DNA from: Bacillota bacterium
GTDB taxonomy: Bacteria; Bacillota; JAAYKD01
Length of the DNA stretch: 64,000 nucleotides
NCBI GenBank assembly: GCA_963666425.2
Contig: OY762825.2
Span: forward strand, 2,240,001-2,304,000
Reading direction: 5' to 3'
A model generated the notes under the pieces. The model had not been told where the DNA came from. It saw only the letters and a program-made list of their open reading frames with translations, and ran no database searches. The position numbers and the translations under genes were made by a program. This document shows, piece by piece, positions 39,914 through 49,371 of the stretch. How positions within the stretch are numbered: position 1 is the stretch's first letter; each line of letters starts with the position of its first letter.

Positions 39914-40087
39914 TTACTTCATACCAAATAAGTGCAGAAAAAAATTACCTACCTTTTTTTCACGTCCGGACTTAGTCAGCGGTATTCCTATTGCTCGGGA
40001 GATCTTGCGTTTTGCAGAACTTATGCCTAACGCTCGTTTGATAGAAAATGATACGCCGGGAATCTTAAAAAAAGACTTTCTTGCCAT
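39914..40087 (-). CDS. 57-aa very basic small protein of a type seen in prophage/MGE accessory regions (below ORF-track cutoff)
   Basis: MARKSFFKIPGVSFSIKRALGISSAKRKISRAIGIPLTKSGREKKVGNFFLHLFGMK; AGGGGG RBS. Confidence 0.75.
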   Translation of the reverse strand: MARKSFFKIPGVSFSIKRALGISSAKRKISRAIGIPLTKSGREKKVGNFFLHLFGMK

Positions 40088-40114
40088 GATTATTCCCCCT
40101 TGTTTTTGTTTAGC

Positions 40115-40616
40115 TCATTCAACTCGTTCATTAAAGATGATCAAAGCAGACAATAAAATATAACCGAAGGCCAAAGTAGCTACTGCGATAAGTGGATCCT
40201 TTTGTTTACGAAGTACATTGATTATTAGTGTAACGCTTTTTGAATAGCGCAATAATTTGAAAACACGAAACACACGCATTGTTCGCAACAGGCGTAAAAT
40301 CTTAAGAATACGAAAACCGCTGCTCAATGCCGTAACTGAAGGTAAAATACAAAGAAGGTCAACGATGGCCATTGGAGTCAGCGGATATTTAACAAAGGGG
40401 AAAATTCCTTGCTTGTTCATTGCGTAATCAGCCGTAATCCACCTCATCAGATAATCAGCGATAAATATCACAAGGGCAATGTGGTCTATCCAAATAAACA
40501 GGGGTAGTTGCGTATCTTTAAAAGCCAACGGAACCAAACTTACTACAATGACAAACATCATCGTGAAGTCATAAATTTTATCGGTCAACCCATCGCCGAA
40601 TGTGCTTTCTTCTCAT
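40115..40616 (-). pseudogene. Truncated voltage-gated-type K+ channel (Ion_trans): S1-S5 only, pore missing
   Basis: MAIVDLLCILP, S4 FRILKILRLLRTMRVFRVFKLLRY; stops at IIFNERVE before TVGYG; N-terminal MRRK (ATG 40616) out of frame. Confidence 0.8.
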
Positions 40617-40877
40617 GCTTTTGAACCGAGATCACGTTTTTATTGACTGCTTTGTAAAGTTAATATTGTATTAAAAAGTAAAAAAAAAAAATCCCTGCCA
40701 GCACCCTATGTTGGGTTACCGGCAGGAGGAAAAAAGAGGCTGTTTATAACGAAAGAATCAACGCGAGCAGCTGATCATTTCACCCTGCAAAAGGAAAGCG
40801 ACGGAGGGTGAAATGGCAGATAATCAGGCTGCCGGATTCTTGTGAATGACGAACAAAAAAGCGCCAACCTTTTGGTA

Positions 40878-41945
40878 TTAAGTAATATAGCTGCTGATGA
40901 TTGGGATACGCCGCAGCAGCCAGGTGATGAGGAAGCTGCAAACAAACACGAGGAGCGCAAAAAGAGGAATGGTGGTAAACGGATTGCTGAGATAAGCGTA
41001 GATATTCATTTGTATAAAGAAAGCAAGGATAAATGGATGCACGAGATACATGCCAAAGCTGCAGGAAGAGAGCACAGAAATGATCTGAAGCAGTTTTGGC
41101 GAGTAATTGCGGTTCGAAAATATAGATTGAAAGAAAACGAAAACAGCAATACTTTGCAGAACGACGGTTGGCGAATTATACTGGTAGAATGTCATATCAC
41201 CGAAACCGGTTTGTTCGGAAAGGCATTGGGTCAAGAGGAAAGTAGCCAGGAAGCCGAGTACTCCCAACGCATAGAGGAATAGACGCTTCTGATGGTTGAT
41301 CGCATACTGAGCGAGATAATGGCCGGCCACAAAATAGCCTACATTGCCTAGCACGAATTTAAAATCCGCATACGAGAGGATAATATTGAAGGTTGATTTG
41401 AGCAGTGGGCTGCTGCGCAGGACGATGAGCGGCACAACGGAAGCGAAGATAAAACAGAGCAAGAGAAAATATTGTGTGCTGGTTTGATCATGCAGCACGA
41501 TTTTACGTAAAAACGGTGTGATAGCGTATAAGCCGGCAATCATATACAAAAACCACAGGTGATAATGACCGGTCAGGAAGGATATGATTGCTTGCTTTTG
41601 CATGCTCCAATCAATGGGTAAGTGATTGCTCCATTGCAGAAATAAAGGAGCAACCGCATAGGCAGCAGACCAAAAGAGAAAAGCAACCGCAACCCGCAGA
41701 ATATATTTCAGGTAGATTTTGCGATAGCTCAAATTTCTTTCGGGATCCAAGAAAAACATGCCGCTGACCATGATAAAAATAGGCACACAGAAACGCACCG
41801 CGCTGTTATAAAGGTTCATGACATGCCATTCGGTAGAGAATACACTTGCCGTATCCCAGTGACCGGCAGCGATATGGAGCAGCATGACTGCAAAGGTGGC
41901 TGTAATCCGAAGCAGATCCGCAAAAATAACACGTTCTTGTTTCAT
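40878..41945 (-). CDS. Acyltransferase-3 family membrane O-acetyltransferase (WecH/OafA-like)
   Basis: DLLR..A.FAV..LH, VPIFIMVSG, YHLWFLY, SFGMYLVH. Confidence 0.92.
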   Translation of the reverse strand: MKQERVIFADLLRITATFAVMLLHIAAGHWDTASVFSTEWHVMNLYNSAVRFCVPIFIMVSGMFFLDPERNLSYRKIYLKYILRVAVAFLFWSAAYAVAPLFLQWSNHLPIDWSMQKQAIISFLTGHYHLWFLYMIAGLYAITPFLRKIVLHDQTSTQYFLLLCFIFASVVPLIVLRSSPLLKSTFNIILSYADFKFVLGNVGYFVAGHYLAQYAINHQKRLFLYALGVLGFLATFLLTQCLSEQTGFGDMTFYQYNSPTVVLQSIAVFVFFQSIFSNRNYSPKLLQIISVLSSCSFGMYLVHPFILAFFIQMNIYAYLSNPFTTIPLFALLVFVCSFLITWLLRRIPIISSYIT

Positions 41946-42164
41946 TTTTTCTCCTAACAGATAAAGTGTTCGGAATGAGTAGAAATTGGATGCTGATTCA
42001 TTATAAGAGAAGATGCTTGCTCTGTCAATCGCGAGAGCCTTCTCTGCTTTTTACGATAAAAACAGCGGTTGCCGGATCGGAAAGGATTTCCTGCTTTGTT
42101 CTGCGAATCAAAGAGACAAACCGTTGCGGCCACTGGTATAGGATTTCGAGAAGGAGGGATCAGT

Positions 42165-43040
42165 TTGAGAGATTATCACATGCATCTCGAAAAAGGAGAA
42201 TATCGGCAGGAATACTTAAAGGAGTTTGTCGCTGCAGGTGCCAAACGCGGCGTGACCGAGTTGGGCATCAGCGAGCATACCCATCATTTCAAGGAATTTC
42301 AGGAAATCTATTTTCGGCATGTGATCATGGATGATTCGGCGATCGGGAACTATCAAAGAAAGTGGCTGCAGCAGAGCCCCAAGTCTTTTTGTTACACGCT
42401 GGATCAGTACGTATCACTGATTGAAGCCGGTAAGCAGGCGGGACTGCCTTTAAAACTCGGCCTGGAGGTTTGCTATTTTCCCGGCGAAGAGGAAGCGATT
42501 CGCACGATCCTCCAACAATATCCGTTTGATTATTGTATTGGCTCGGTGCATTGGCTGCAGGGCTGGGGATTTGATACCAAAGCGGAACTGTGGCAAGGTA
42601 AAAACGTAAACGAAGTGTATACTATTTATCAGGAAGTTTTACTGCAGGCGATTGAGAGTGATTTGTTTGATGTGATCGGACATGCTTTTTCCTGTAAGGC
42701 TTTTCAGCATTGGCCGCAGGGAATTGCCATGCAGCCCTGGTATGCAAAAATTGCAGCTGCTTTGTTGCAGCATCAGACAGCGCTGGAAATCAACACAGGG
42801 CTGCTTTACCGTTATCCTGCCGCAACAATTTGCCCGCCGTTGGGTTTACTGCAGGCCGCCGCTGATTTAGGCTGTCAGATCAGCTTTGGCTCCGACGCCC
42901 ACCTCAGCAGCGATTGCGGACGTGCTCTGGGGTATGCGGTGCAGCTGGCCAAAGAAGCGCAGATCAGAGAACAAATGAATTTTGAAGGCAGAAAAGGCAA
43001 CCGGGTTTTATTGGAAGCGCTGCCGGTCAATACTCTTTAG
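42165..43040 (+). CDS. PHP-family histidinol-phosphatase-like phosphoesterase
   Basis: DYHMH, GISEH, GLEV, IGSVH, GH, LEINT, FGSDAH; TTG start behind AAGGAGG. Confidence 0.85.
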   Translation: MRDYHMHLEKGEYRQEYLKEFVAAGAKRGVTELGISEHTHHFKEFQEIYFRHVIMDDSAIGNYQRKWLQQSPKSFCYTLDQYVSLIEAGKQAGLPLKLGLEVCYFPGEEEAIRTILQQYPFDYCIGSVHWLQGWGFDTKAELWQGKNVNEVYTIYQEVLLQAIESDLFDVIGHAFSCKAFQHWPQGIAMQPWYAKIAAALLQHQTALEINTGLLYRYPAATICPPLGLLQAAADLGCQISFGSDAHLSSDCGRALGYAVQLAKEAQIREQMNFEGRKGNRVLLEALPVNTL

Positions 43041-43155
43041 AGAAATTGCTGTGGCGGTGCAGGAATTATTTCGCATAACGGATAATATAACAAGGAGCCA
43101 TTGCCGAATGAGTCGGCAAGGCTGTTGAACGAAAAGCACAGGAGGTACTTTTAAG

Positions 43156-43590
43156 ATGAGTAAAGCTGTAATTGAAATGGAAAAAGGCGGCAGCATCGAA
43201 ATCGATTTTTTTGATGATGCCGCACCGAACACCGTGAAGAATTTCTGCGATTTAGCCAAAAAAGGATTTTACGACGGCCTGACCTTTCATCGCGTGATCA
43301 AAGGGTTTGTTGCTCAAGGCGGCTGCCCCAATGGCACCGGCACAGGCGGTCCCGGTTACACCATCAAATGTGAGACAGTTGGCAACCCCTATAAACATGC
43401 CCGGGGTCGCTTGTCGATGGCGCATGCGGGTAAGGATACCGGCGGCAGTCAATTCTTCATTTGCTTTGACGCCTTTCCGCACTTGGATGGCGTTCACACC
43501 GTGTTTGGTGAAGTCAGCAAAGGGATGGAAGTTGTTGATGCGCTCAAGCAGGGAGATAAGATGAAAAAGGTCACGGTAACGGCAGAATAG
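43156..43590 (+). CDS. ppiB: Cyclophilin peptidyl-prolyl isomerase
   Basis: [35 protein letters not shown]. Confidence 0.95.
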   Translation: MSKAVIEMEKGGSIEIDFFDDAAPNTVKNFCDLAKKGFYDGLTFHRVIKGFVAQGGCPNGTGTGGPGYTIKCETVGNPYKHARGRLSMAHAGKDTGGSQFFICFDAFPHLDGVHTVFGEVSKGMEVVDALKQGDKMKKVTVTAE

Positions 43591-43750
43591 CCTGAGAAAA
43601 TGGCAGAGTAGGGCTTAGCTGCGCTACGAAAAAGGCACTTCAGAGTCGGCAAAAGAGCAAGGGAAACAGGCATAGACTATCTTTTCTGGTCAGAGTGTTT
43701 TCAATGCCGCAAGGCGTTTGAGAAATAGAGTAAGCAAAGGAGTTGTTTTG

Positions 43751-45142
43751 ATGAACGAAATCGCATTAAAGACGATCGAAGCAAGACGCAAAGAATTGAT
43801 TCAAATCAGCGACTACATCTGGGAGAATCCCGAGCCGGCTTATGTGGAATACAAAGCGGTTGCTGCCCTGAAAAAATTTCTGGTGGACGATGGCTTCCGC
43901 TTGCAAGACGAAGTCGCCGGCATGCCCACTGCTTTTATGGCTTCCTGGGGCTCAGGCAAGCCTGTCATCGGTTTTCTGGCCGAATATGATGCTTTACCCG
44001 GGCTCAGCCAAAAAGCCAGCACAGAGCTTGATCCGGTGATTCCTAATGCACCCGGTCAAGGCTGCGGCCATAATTTGCTGGGCGTAGCCACCTTGGGTGC
44101 TGTGATCGGCTTAAAGCAAGAGATGATTGAAAATCATCTGCCCGGCACGATCATCTTCTATGGCTGCCCTGCCGAAGAAGTACTGACCGGAAAAACTTTC
44201 ATGGCACGCGGCGGTGTCTTTGATGGTCTTGACTTGGCTTTGGCCTATCATCCCGGCCGTGGCAACAATGTCGGTTTGGATAGCTCCAATGGTCTCAATT
44301 CTGCCGTCTTTCACTTCAGAGGCCGCACTGCCCATGCCGGCGGTGATCCGCATAACGGCCGCAGTGCGCTCGATGCCGTGGAATTAATGAATGTCGGCGC
44401 TAATTATTTAAGAGAACATGTCACCACAGACGTGAGAATCCACTATGTCATCAAAGAAGGCGGCATGGCGCCCAATATTGTGCCGGATAAGGCCTCCGTT
44501 TGGTATTATGTCCGTGGTCCGAAACGCAGTGTGATTGATGAAGTCTATGCACGGCTGATCAAAGTGGCCAAAGGCGCTGCGATGATGACCGAAACGGAAA
44601 TGGAAATCGAATTCCTGGGCGGCTGTCATAATACGATGCCAAACAAGGTGCTGGCCAATGTCTTGTATGACAGCATGAAAGCAATTCCGCCGGAAACCTG
44701 GACTGCGGAAGAATTGGCTTTTGCCAAACGTCTCAATGACCAGCAGCCGGTCCAGTATCCCGCCGCCTTGAAACAGATGAATCTGCCGGAAGGTACAGAG
44801 ATCGCCGCCGGCGTCAGTCCCATGATTGCCACCGGAAGAATCGGCGGCGGTTCTACCGACGTTGGTGACGTGGAACATATCGTGCCCTGCGCTTCGTTCG
44901 GCACTGCCACCGATAATCTGGGTGCTCCCGGTCATAGTTGGCAGATCACTTCCTGCTCCGGTATGAGCATCGGTCATAAAGGTATGATCTATGCCGCTAA
45001 AATAATGGCGGATGCGGCTGGCAACCTGCTGCGTGATCCGGAAACCGTCGCCAAAGCCAAAGCGGAATTCCTGGAAGCAACCGGCGGTAAGCCCTATCAA
45101 TGCCCGATTCCACCGGAAGTAAAAGCTCCCGGTCAGAAATAA
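43751..45142 (+). CDS. M20 amidohydrolase, AbgB-like
   Basis: EYDALPGLSQ, GCGHNLLG, GCPAEE, GRSALDAVELM, GSTDVGDV. Confidence 0.9.
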   Translation: MNEIALKTIEARRKELIQISDYIWENPEPAYVEYKAVAALKKFLVDDGFRLQDEVAGMPTAFMASWGSGKPVIGFLAEYDALPGLSQKASTELDPVIPNAPGQGCGHNLLGVATLGAVIGLKQEMIENHLPGTIIFYGCPAEEVLTGKTFMARGGVFDGLDLALAYHPGRGNNVGLDSSNGLNSAVFHFRGRTAHAGGDPHNGRSALDAVELMNVGANYLREHVTTDVRIHYVIKEGGMAPNIVPDKASVWYYVRGPKRSVIDEVYARLIKVAKGAAMMTETEMEIEFLGGCHNTMPNKVLANVLYDSMKAIPPETWTAEELAFAKRLNDQQPVQYPAALKQMNLPEGTEIAAGVSPMIATGRIGGGSTDVGDVEHIVPCASFGTATDNLGAPGHSWQITSCSGMSIGHKGMIYAAKIMADAAGNLLRDPETVAKAKAEFLEATGGKPYQCPIPPEVKAPGQK

Positions 45143-45170
45143 TAGAATAACCTCAGCATGACCTAAGTAA

Positions 45171-45240
45171 TGAACTGCTCCCCATCGTGTAGTCTCGAAT
45201 CTTTTTAACTTCGAGTGTCTACCCTATGGGGAGCAGTTTC
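45171..45240. mobile_element. ~70-bp miniature palindromic element derived from the IS150-like ends, inside a terminator loop
   Basis: TGAACTGCTCCCCAT...ATGGGGAGCAGTTTC; interior matches revcomp of IS 11483-11548; flanked by stem CCTCAGCATGACC / GGCCATGTTGAGG-cTTTTTT. Confidence 0.85.
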
Positions 45241-45298
45241 GTTTGGCCATGTTGAGGCTTTTTTGCGGAATAAGCAGGAGAGCAGTTTTTCTAGTGGT

Positions 45299-45982
45299 TT
45301 AAATAATGAATTGGTAAATCAAGATAAAATGGCAGATGCTGCCGAGCAGAATAAAAACATGAAACACTTCATGAAAACCAAAACGGGGATGATCGCGGCC
45401 GGGCCATTTGAGCGCGTAAAGCACCCCGCCAAACGTGTAGAGGAGTCCGCCGCTGAATAACCAACCGAGGGCTGGCAAAGACAAGGTTTTCAGTAAGGGA
45501 CCGATCACGAAAATCGCCAGCCAACCCATAGCGATATAGATAGCAGAAGCAAGCCAACGCGGCATGCCGATCCAGAAAATACTGAGGACAGTACCGCCCA
45601 GCGCAATCAGCCAAACCACGGCGAAAAGCAGCTTACCACCGCTATTGGCCAGAGAAATTAAGCAGATGGGGGTGTAAGTGCCGGCAATCAGACAATAAAT
45701 CATGCTATGATCCAGTTTCCGCAAGGCCAGACGCCCGGGAATCCCTGTTCGCAAACTATGATACACCGTGCTTGCGGTATAAAGGCAGACAGCGGAGGTG
45801 CCGTATATCAGCAAAGCCAGCAAGGTCTGCAGCGGCAGCGACAGGCGCTGTGCTTTTTGCAGCAGCAGCAGTGTGCCAACAAAAGCGAGTCCCCCTCCAA
45901 TCCCGTGTGTCAATGCGGAGTAAAAACGCAAACCAATGTAAGGATCGCGTGCCGCTTCTCGAAATTGCTTTTTCAATGTCAT
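45299..45982 (-). CDS. Hemolysin III/PAQR (TrhA) family membrane protein
   Basis: SALTHG, STVYH, LRKLDHSMIY.LIAGTYTP, GFHEVFHVF. Confidence 0.93.
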   Translation of the reverse strand: MTLKKQFREAARDPYIGLRFYSALTHGIGGGLAFVGTLLLLQKAQRLSLPLQTLLALLIYGTSAVCLYTASTVYHSLRTGIPGRLALRKLDHSMIYCLIAGTYTPICLISLANSGGKLLFAVVWLIALGGTVLSIFWIGMPRWLASAIYIAMGWLAIFVIGPLLKTLSLPALGWLFSGGLLYTFGGVLYALKWPGRDHPRFGFHEVFHVFILLGSICHFILIYQFII

Positions 45983-46116
45983 AACCCCTCTCGAACCAAC
46001 AACCAAATTTATAGTGATCTGCTTTTAGCAACTAAAAACAAAGTATACCACAAGCAGAGCGGGCCTGCAATCAAACGGTTTCGATAATATTTTCTGGTAG
46101 AAAAGATCAGATTTGC

Positions 46117-46145
46117 TTGACATGCTGTTGGATTGGCATTATAAT
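46117..46145 (+). promoter_or_regulatory. Consensus sigmaA promoter for the 46299 gene
   Basis: Exact TTGACA-N17-TATAAT. Confidence 0.85.
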
Positions 46146-46298
46146 GGTCGTAAAATTGATAATTCATCCATATTAGGTAAAATATTCTTTAGCGGATTTA
46201 TAGGAAACGAAATAAGGTGAATCCTATGTAAGCTGAACCGTGCCAAAGAGTTGTACCCTGCCTATGGAAACCTACCAAATGAAATGGAGGGGATTATC

Positions 46299-47141
46299 AT
46301 GCCTTGGTATCAAAGACTCATGAAAATCGATCAGCGTATCTTATACCTAACGATGTTTCTGGGAATTGCCGGAGTCATGTTTTTTCCGATCGGCTTACCG
46401 GTACCTGCGGAAGAATCTACGCTGGCCAGCTGGGATTACATCAATGCTCTACCGGCGGATAGCGTCGTACTCTATTCCTTTGATACGAGTGCTTCTGCCA
46501 TGACAGAAACAAAACCACCTGCGGAAGTGCTTCTGCGCCGTTCTTTTGAATTGGGACATAAAGTGGTAATGATTTCCACCACAGCGGATTCCAACAGCCT
46601 TTCCTCGCTTTGGATTGATCCCATCATAGAAGAGTTGGGGAAAGTTTATGGTAAAGATGTTGTGCATTTGGGATTCATTGTGAACTGGCAATCGTTTATG
46701 GAACAATCAAGAACAGATCTTTCCGGTGCTTTGGGCGGTATCGACAAATATGGCACGAAATTGTCGGAGCTTCCGATGATGAAAACAATCACCAAAGCAA
46801 CTGATTTTGCTTGTGTGTTTTCTTTTTATGGAACCGACCCCGGGCCGAACGGTTGGATCAATATGTGGAATGCAACGGAGGGTATTGATGTACTCACAGC
46901 TTGTACAGCGGTTTCTACACCGGTGTGCTACAATTACTATCAATCCGGCTTATTGAAAGGAGTCGTAGGTGGGATTGGTGGTGCTGCTTATTTGGAGATG
47001 CTGGCAGGACGCCCGGCTTCGGCTGTTTCCGCTATGGATGCGCAATCGCTCGGTCATATCATTATCATAGCTTTTTTGATTCTTGGTAATCTCAGCTATT
47101 TTATCAACAGGCATTATGAAAAAAGAAAAGTTACCAAGTGA
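46299..47141 (+). CDS. Uncharacterised membrane protein (N-terminal TM, alpha/beta soluble domain, C-terminal TM)
   Basis: IDQRILY...P, YGKD.V.LGF, YYQSG..KG..GG..GAA..E, MDAQS.GH.III.F.I.GN; ATG behind GGAGG. Confidence 0.8.
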   Translation: MPWYQRLMKIDQRILYLTMFLGIAGVMFFPIGLPVPAEESTLASWDYINALPADSVVLYSFDTSASAMTETKPPAEVLLRRSFELGHKVVMISTTADSNSLSSLWIDPIIEELGKVYGKDVVHLGFIVNWQSFMEQSRTDLSGALGGIDKYGTKLSELPMMKTITKATDFACVFSFYGTDPGPNGWINMWNATEGIDVLTACTAVSTPVCYNYYQSGLLKGVVGGIGGAAYLEMLAGRPASAVSAMDAQSLGHIIIIAFLILGNLSYFINRHYEKRKVTK

Positions 47142-47189
47142 GAAATCGAATCACTGATCTATTTGAATCGATTCATCGAAGCAAACAAA

Positions 47190-47320
47190 CCTGTTCCAAC
47201 CTCTGCCGCTTGAAGATCGCGCCGGCAGAGGTTGGGGCAGGCTTTTCTATGGGCAGCAGCGGCGGTAGCGCTGCAATAGCAGCTAAGTCTCTCTCTTTGT
47301 GGCGACCACAAAGAGAGAGA
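47190..47320. terminator. Two hairpins between convergent genes
   Basis: CCAACCTCTGCCG...CGGCAGAGGTTGG-GGCAGGCTTTT and perfect 15-bp TCTCTCTCTTTGTGG-cga-CCACAAAGAGAGAGA. Confidence 0.7.
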
Positions 47321-47341
47321 GCGTGCCCTGCTTTGAGTTTC

Positions 47342-47992
47342 TCAATTTTTCTGCAGCAGCTTGAGCAAATCTCCTTTACTGCCGCCAACCACCAAATGCT
47401 CCTCCTGAATTAAAATAGAATCCGGATCGGTCATTGGTGTCATTTGGCCGTTGCGTTTCATGCCGATGATGTTGATATGATGAGCAGTGCGCACATTCAA
47501 CGAGCGGATGCTCTTGCCAACCCAGTTTTCCGGTACCGCAACTTCTAAGATAGCATATTCCGGGGTCAGCTCAAAGTATTCAAAAGCATTGGCAATACTG
47601 TATTTGATGGCGGTGCGCTGTGCCATATCTCTTTCGGGATAGATGACATCATCCGCTCCGATTTTGCGTAAAAATTTCGCCTGAATCTCCCGGTCTGTTT
47701 TGGAGATGACATAGCGGGCACCGATTTCTTTCAGCAAAGAAGTAATCTCCAGGGAGGATTGGAAATTATCGCTGATGCAGACAAAACAGATATCAAAACT
47801 AGCGACATCAAGCGCTTGCAGTACCTCAATTTCCATACAGTCACCAATCTGGGCTCTGGTGACAAAAGGAGCGATTTTGTTCACCAGCTCCTCATCGATA
47901 TCGACTGCCATTACCTCATTGCCCAATTCGGCCAATTTGCGGGCTAGATTGCTGCCGAAATGACCAAGTCCAATTACCAGCATTGGTCTCAT
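47342..47992 (-). CDS. ktrA: KtrA/TrkA RCK regulatory subunit
   Basis: VIGLGHFG Rossmann, IGADDVIYPE, RCK_C; ATG behind AGGAGG. Confidence 0.9.
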   Translation of the reverse strand: MRPMLVIGLGHFGSNLARKLAELGNEVMAVDIDEELVNKIAPFVTRAQIGDCMEIEVLQALDVASFDICFVCISDNFQSSLEITSLLKEIGARYVISKTDREIQAKFLRKIGADDVIYPERDMAQRTAIKYSIANAFEYFELTPEYAILEVAVPENWVGKSIRSLNVRTAHHINIIGMKRNGQMTPMTDPDSILIQEEHLVVGGSKGDLLKLLQKN

Positions 47993-48002
47993 GCGAATCC
48001 TC

Positions 48003-49340
48003 CTATCCAACGATGATTTTATCTTCCGGGTTTCTTAAGGGGTTAACGTTGCGGTGTTCCGTAGCGGCCAAAAAAATAGTTAAGCTGCCGACGCGGCCGG
48101 CATACATTAGCAGAAGGATGATCAGTTTTGAGAAGGGGAGCAGTGTACGGGTAATCCCTGTACTGAGTCCTACCGTGCCGATCGCAGAAAATGTTTCAAA
48201 CAGCGTATCTTTGAGTGTCAGATTTTGAGTCGCTAAAATCAACAAACTAGCCGAGCTCAATAAGATAAAGTAAAAAGCAGTACTGAGGAAGGCTCTTTTG
48301 ACAAGATTTGCTTCCAGACGGCGATGAAAGATTTCAACATCTTCCCGTCGCTGCAGATTTGCCCAAACAGCCAATAAAATCACAACAAACGTGGTAATCT
48401 TGATGCCGCCGCCGGTAGAGCCGGGAGCGGCGCCGATCGCCATCAGCAACATGGTGAGCAAAGATCCACCCTGGCTGAGCGCAGTGAGGTCGACCGTGTT
48501 GAAGCCTGCCGTTCTTGGAGTGACAGCCTGGAACAGAGCGGCGAGCAGTTTGCCTCCGCTGCTGAGGCCGGCGAAAGCCGCATCCCTTTCCAAAAAATAA
48601 AATAAAGCCGCAGAAACAAATAAAACGATGCCGGTAGAGACGAGAGTGACCTTGGTATGCAGCAGATACCTGGTGAAATGCCAGCGATTTTTCAACAGAT
48701 CGTCCCAGATCACAAAACCGATGCCGCCGATGATGATCAAACTAATGATGGTCAGGTTAACAAGAGGATCATTCACAAAGGGAATGAGAGAAGTGAATGG
48801 CTGGATGGAACCCATCAGATCAAAACCGGCATTGCAAAAGGCAGAAACGGAATGGAAGACACTAAACCAGATGCCATCAGCCAGACCAAAGCGCGGCCAA
48901 AACCGGCTGAAGAGCAGAATTGCACCCAGACTTTCAAAAAAAAGGGTGCCGAGCAGAATGTGTTTGGCTAATCTGACGATACCGCCCAGCTGCGAAGCGC
49001 TGACGGCTTCCATTAAATAACCGCGTTCCGTTAATCCGATTCGTTTGCCCAAAGCCATGGCAAAGAGAATGGCAAAAGTCATAAAGCCGAGTCCGCCGAT
49101 TTGAATCAGCAATAGGATGATCGCCTGACCAAACAGACTGAATTGCGTCCAGGTATCATAAACAACCAAACCCGTGACACAAGTGGCGGAGGTGGCGGTG
49201 AAGAGTGCGTTGAGGAAGGGAATGGATGCTCCATTCCTGCTGGACAGCGGCAGCATTAGTAACAAAGCGCCGCTGAGAATAATCAGGGCAAAACCGGCAG
49301 CTAAGATTTGCCTTGCGCTGAATCGCGCTTTGGATATCAT
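48003..49340 (-). CDS. ktrB: KtrB/TrkH potassium uptake permease
   Basis: SATCVTGL, SAFCNAGF, RTAGFN, STGGGIK, GTVGLS, GRVG. Confidence 0.93.
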   Translation of the reverse strand: MISKARFSARQILAAGFALIILSGALLLMLPLSSRNGASIPFLNALFTATSATCVTGLVVYDTWTQFSLFGQAIILLLIQIGGLGFMTFAILFAMALGKRIGLTERGYLMEAVSASQLGGIVRLAKHILLGTLFFESLGAILLFSRFWPRFGLADGIWFSVFHSVSAFCNAGFDLMGSIQPFTSLIPFVNDPLVNLTIISLIIIGGIGFVIWDDLLKNRWHFTRYLLHTKVTLVSTGIVLFVSAALFYFLERDAAFAGLSSGGKLLAALFQAVTPRTAGFNTVDLTALSQGGSLLTMLLMAIGAAPGSTGGGIKITTFVVILLAVWANLQRREDVEIFHRRLEANLVKRAFLSTAFYFILLSSASLLILATQNLTLKDTLFETFSAIGTVGLSTGITRTLLPFSKLIILLLMYAGRVGSLTIFLAATEHRNVNPLRNPEDKIIVG

Positions 49341-49371
49341 AGCAGTTCGTTCCTTTCTGGATCAGCAGGTT

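Noticed and set aside
40678-40692. Poly-A run as a phase-variation tract
   Set aside because: Intergenic and adjacent to a hairpin; better explained as the U-tract of a minus-strand terminator.
47138-47413. 91-aa ORF overlapping the 46299 stop (GTGA)
   Set aside because: Runs through terminator hairpins and into ktrA; no hydrophobic or conserved features, though a truncated downstream subunit cannot be excluded.
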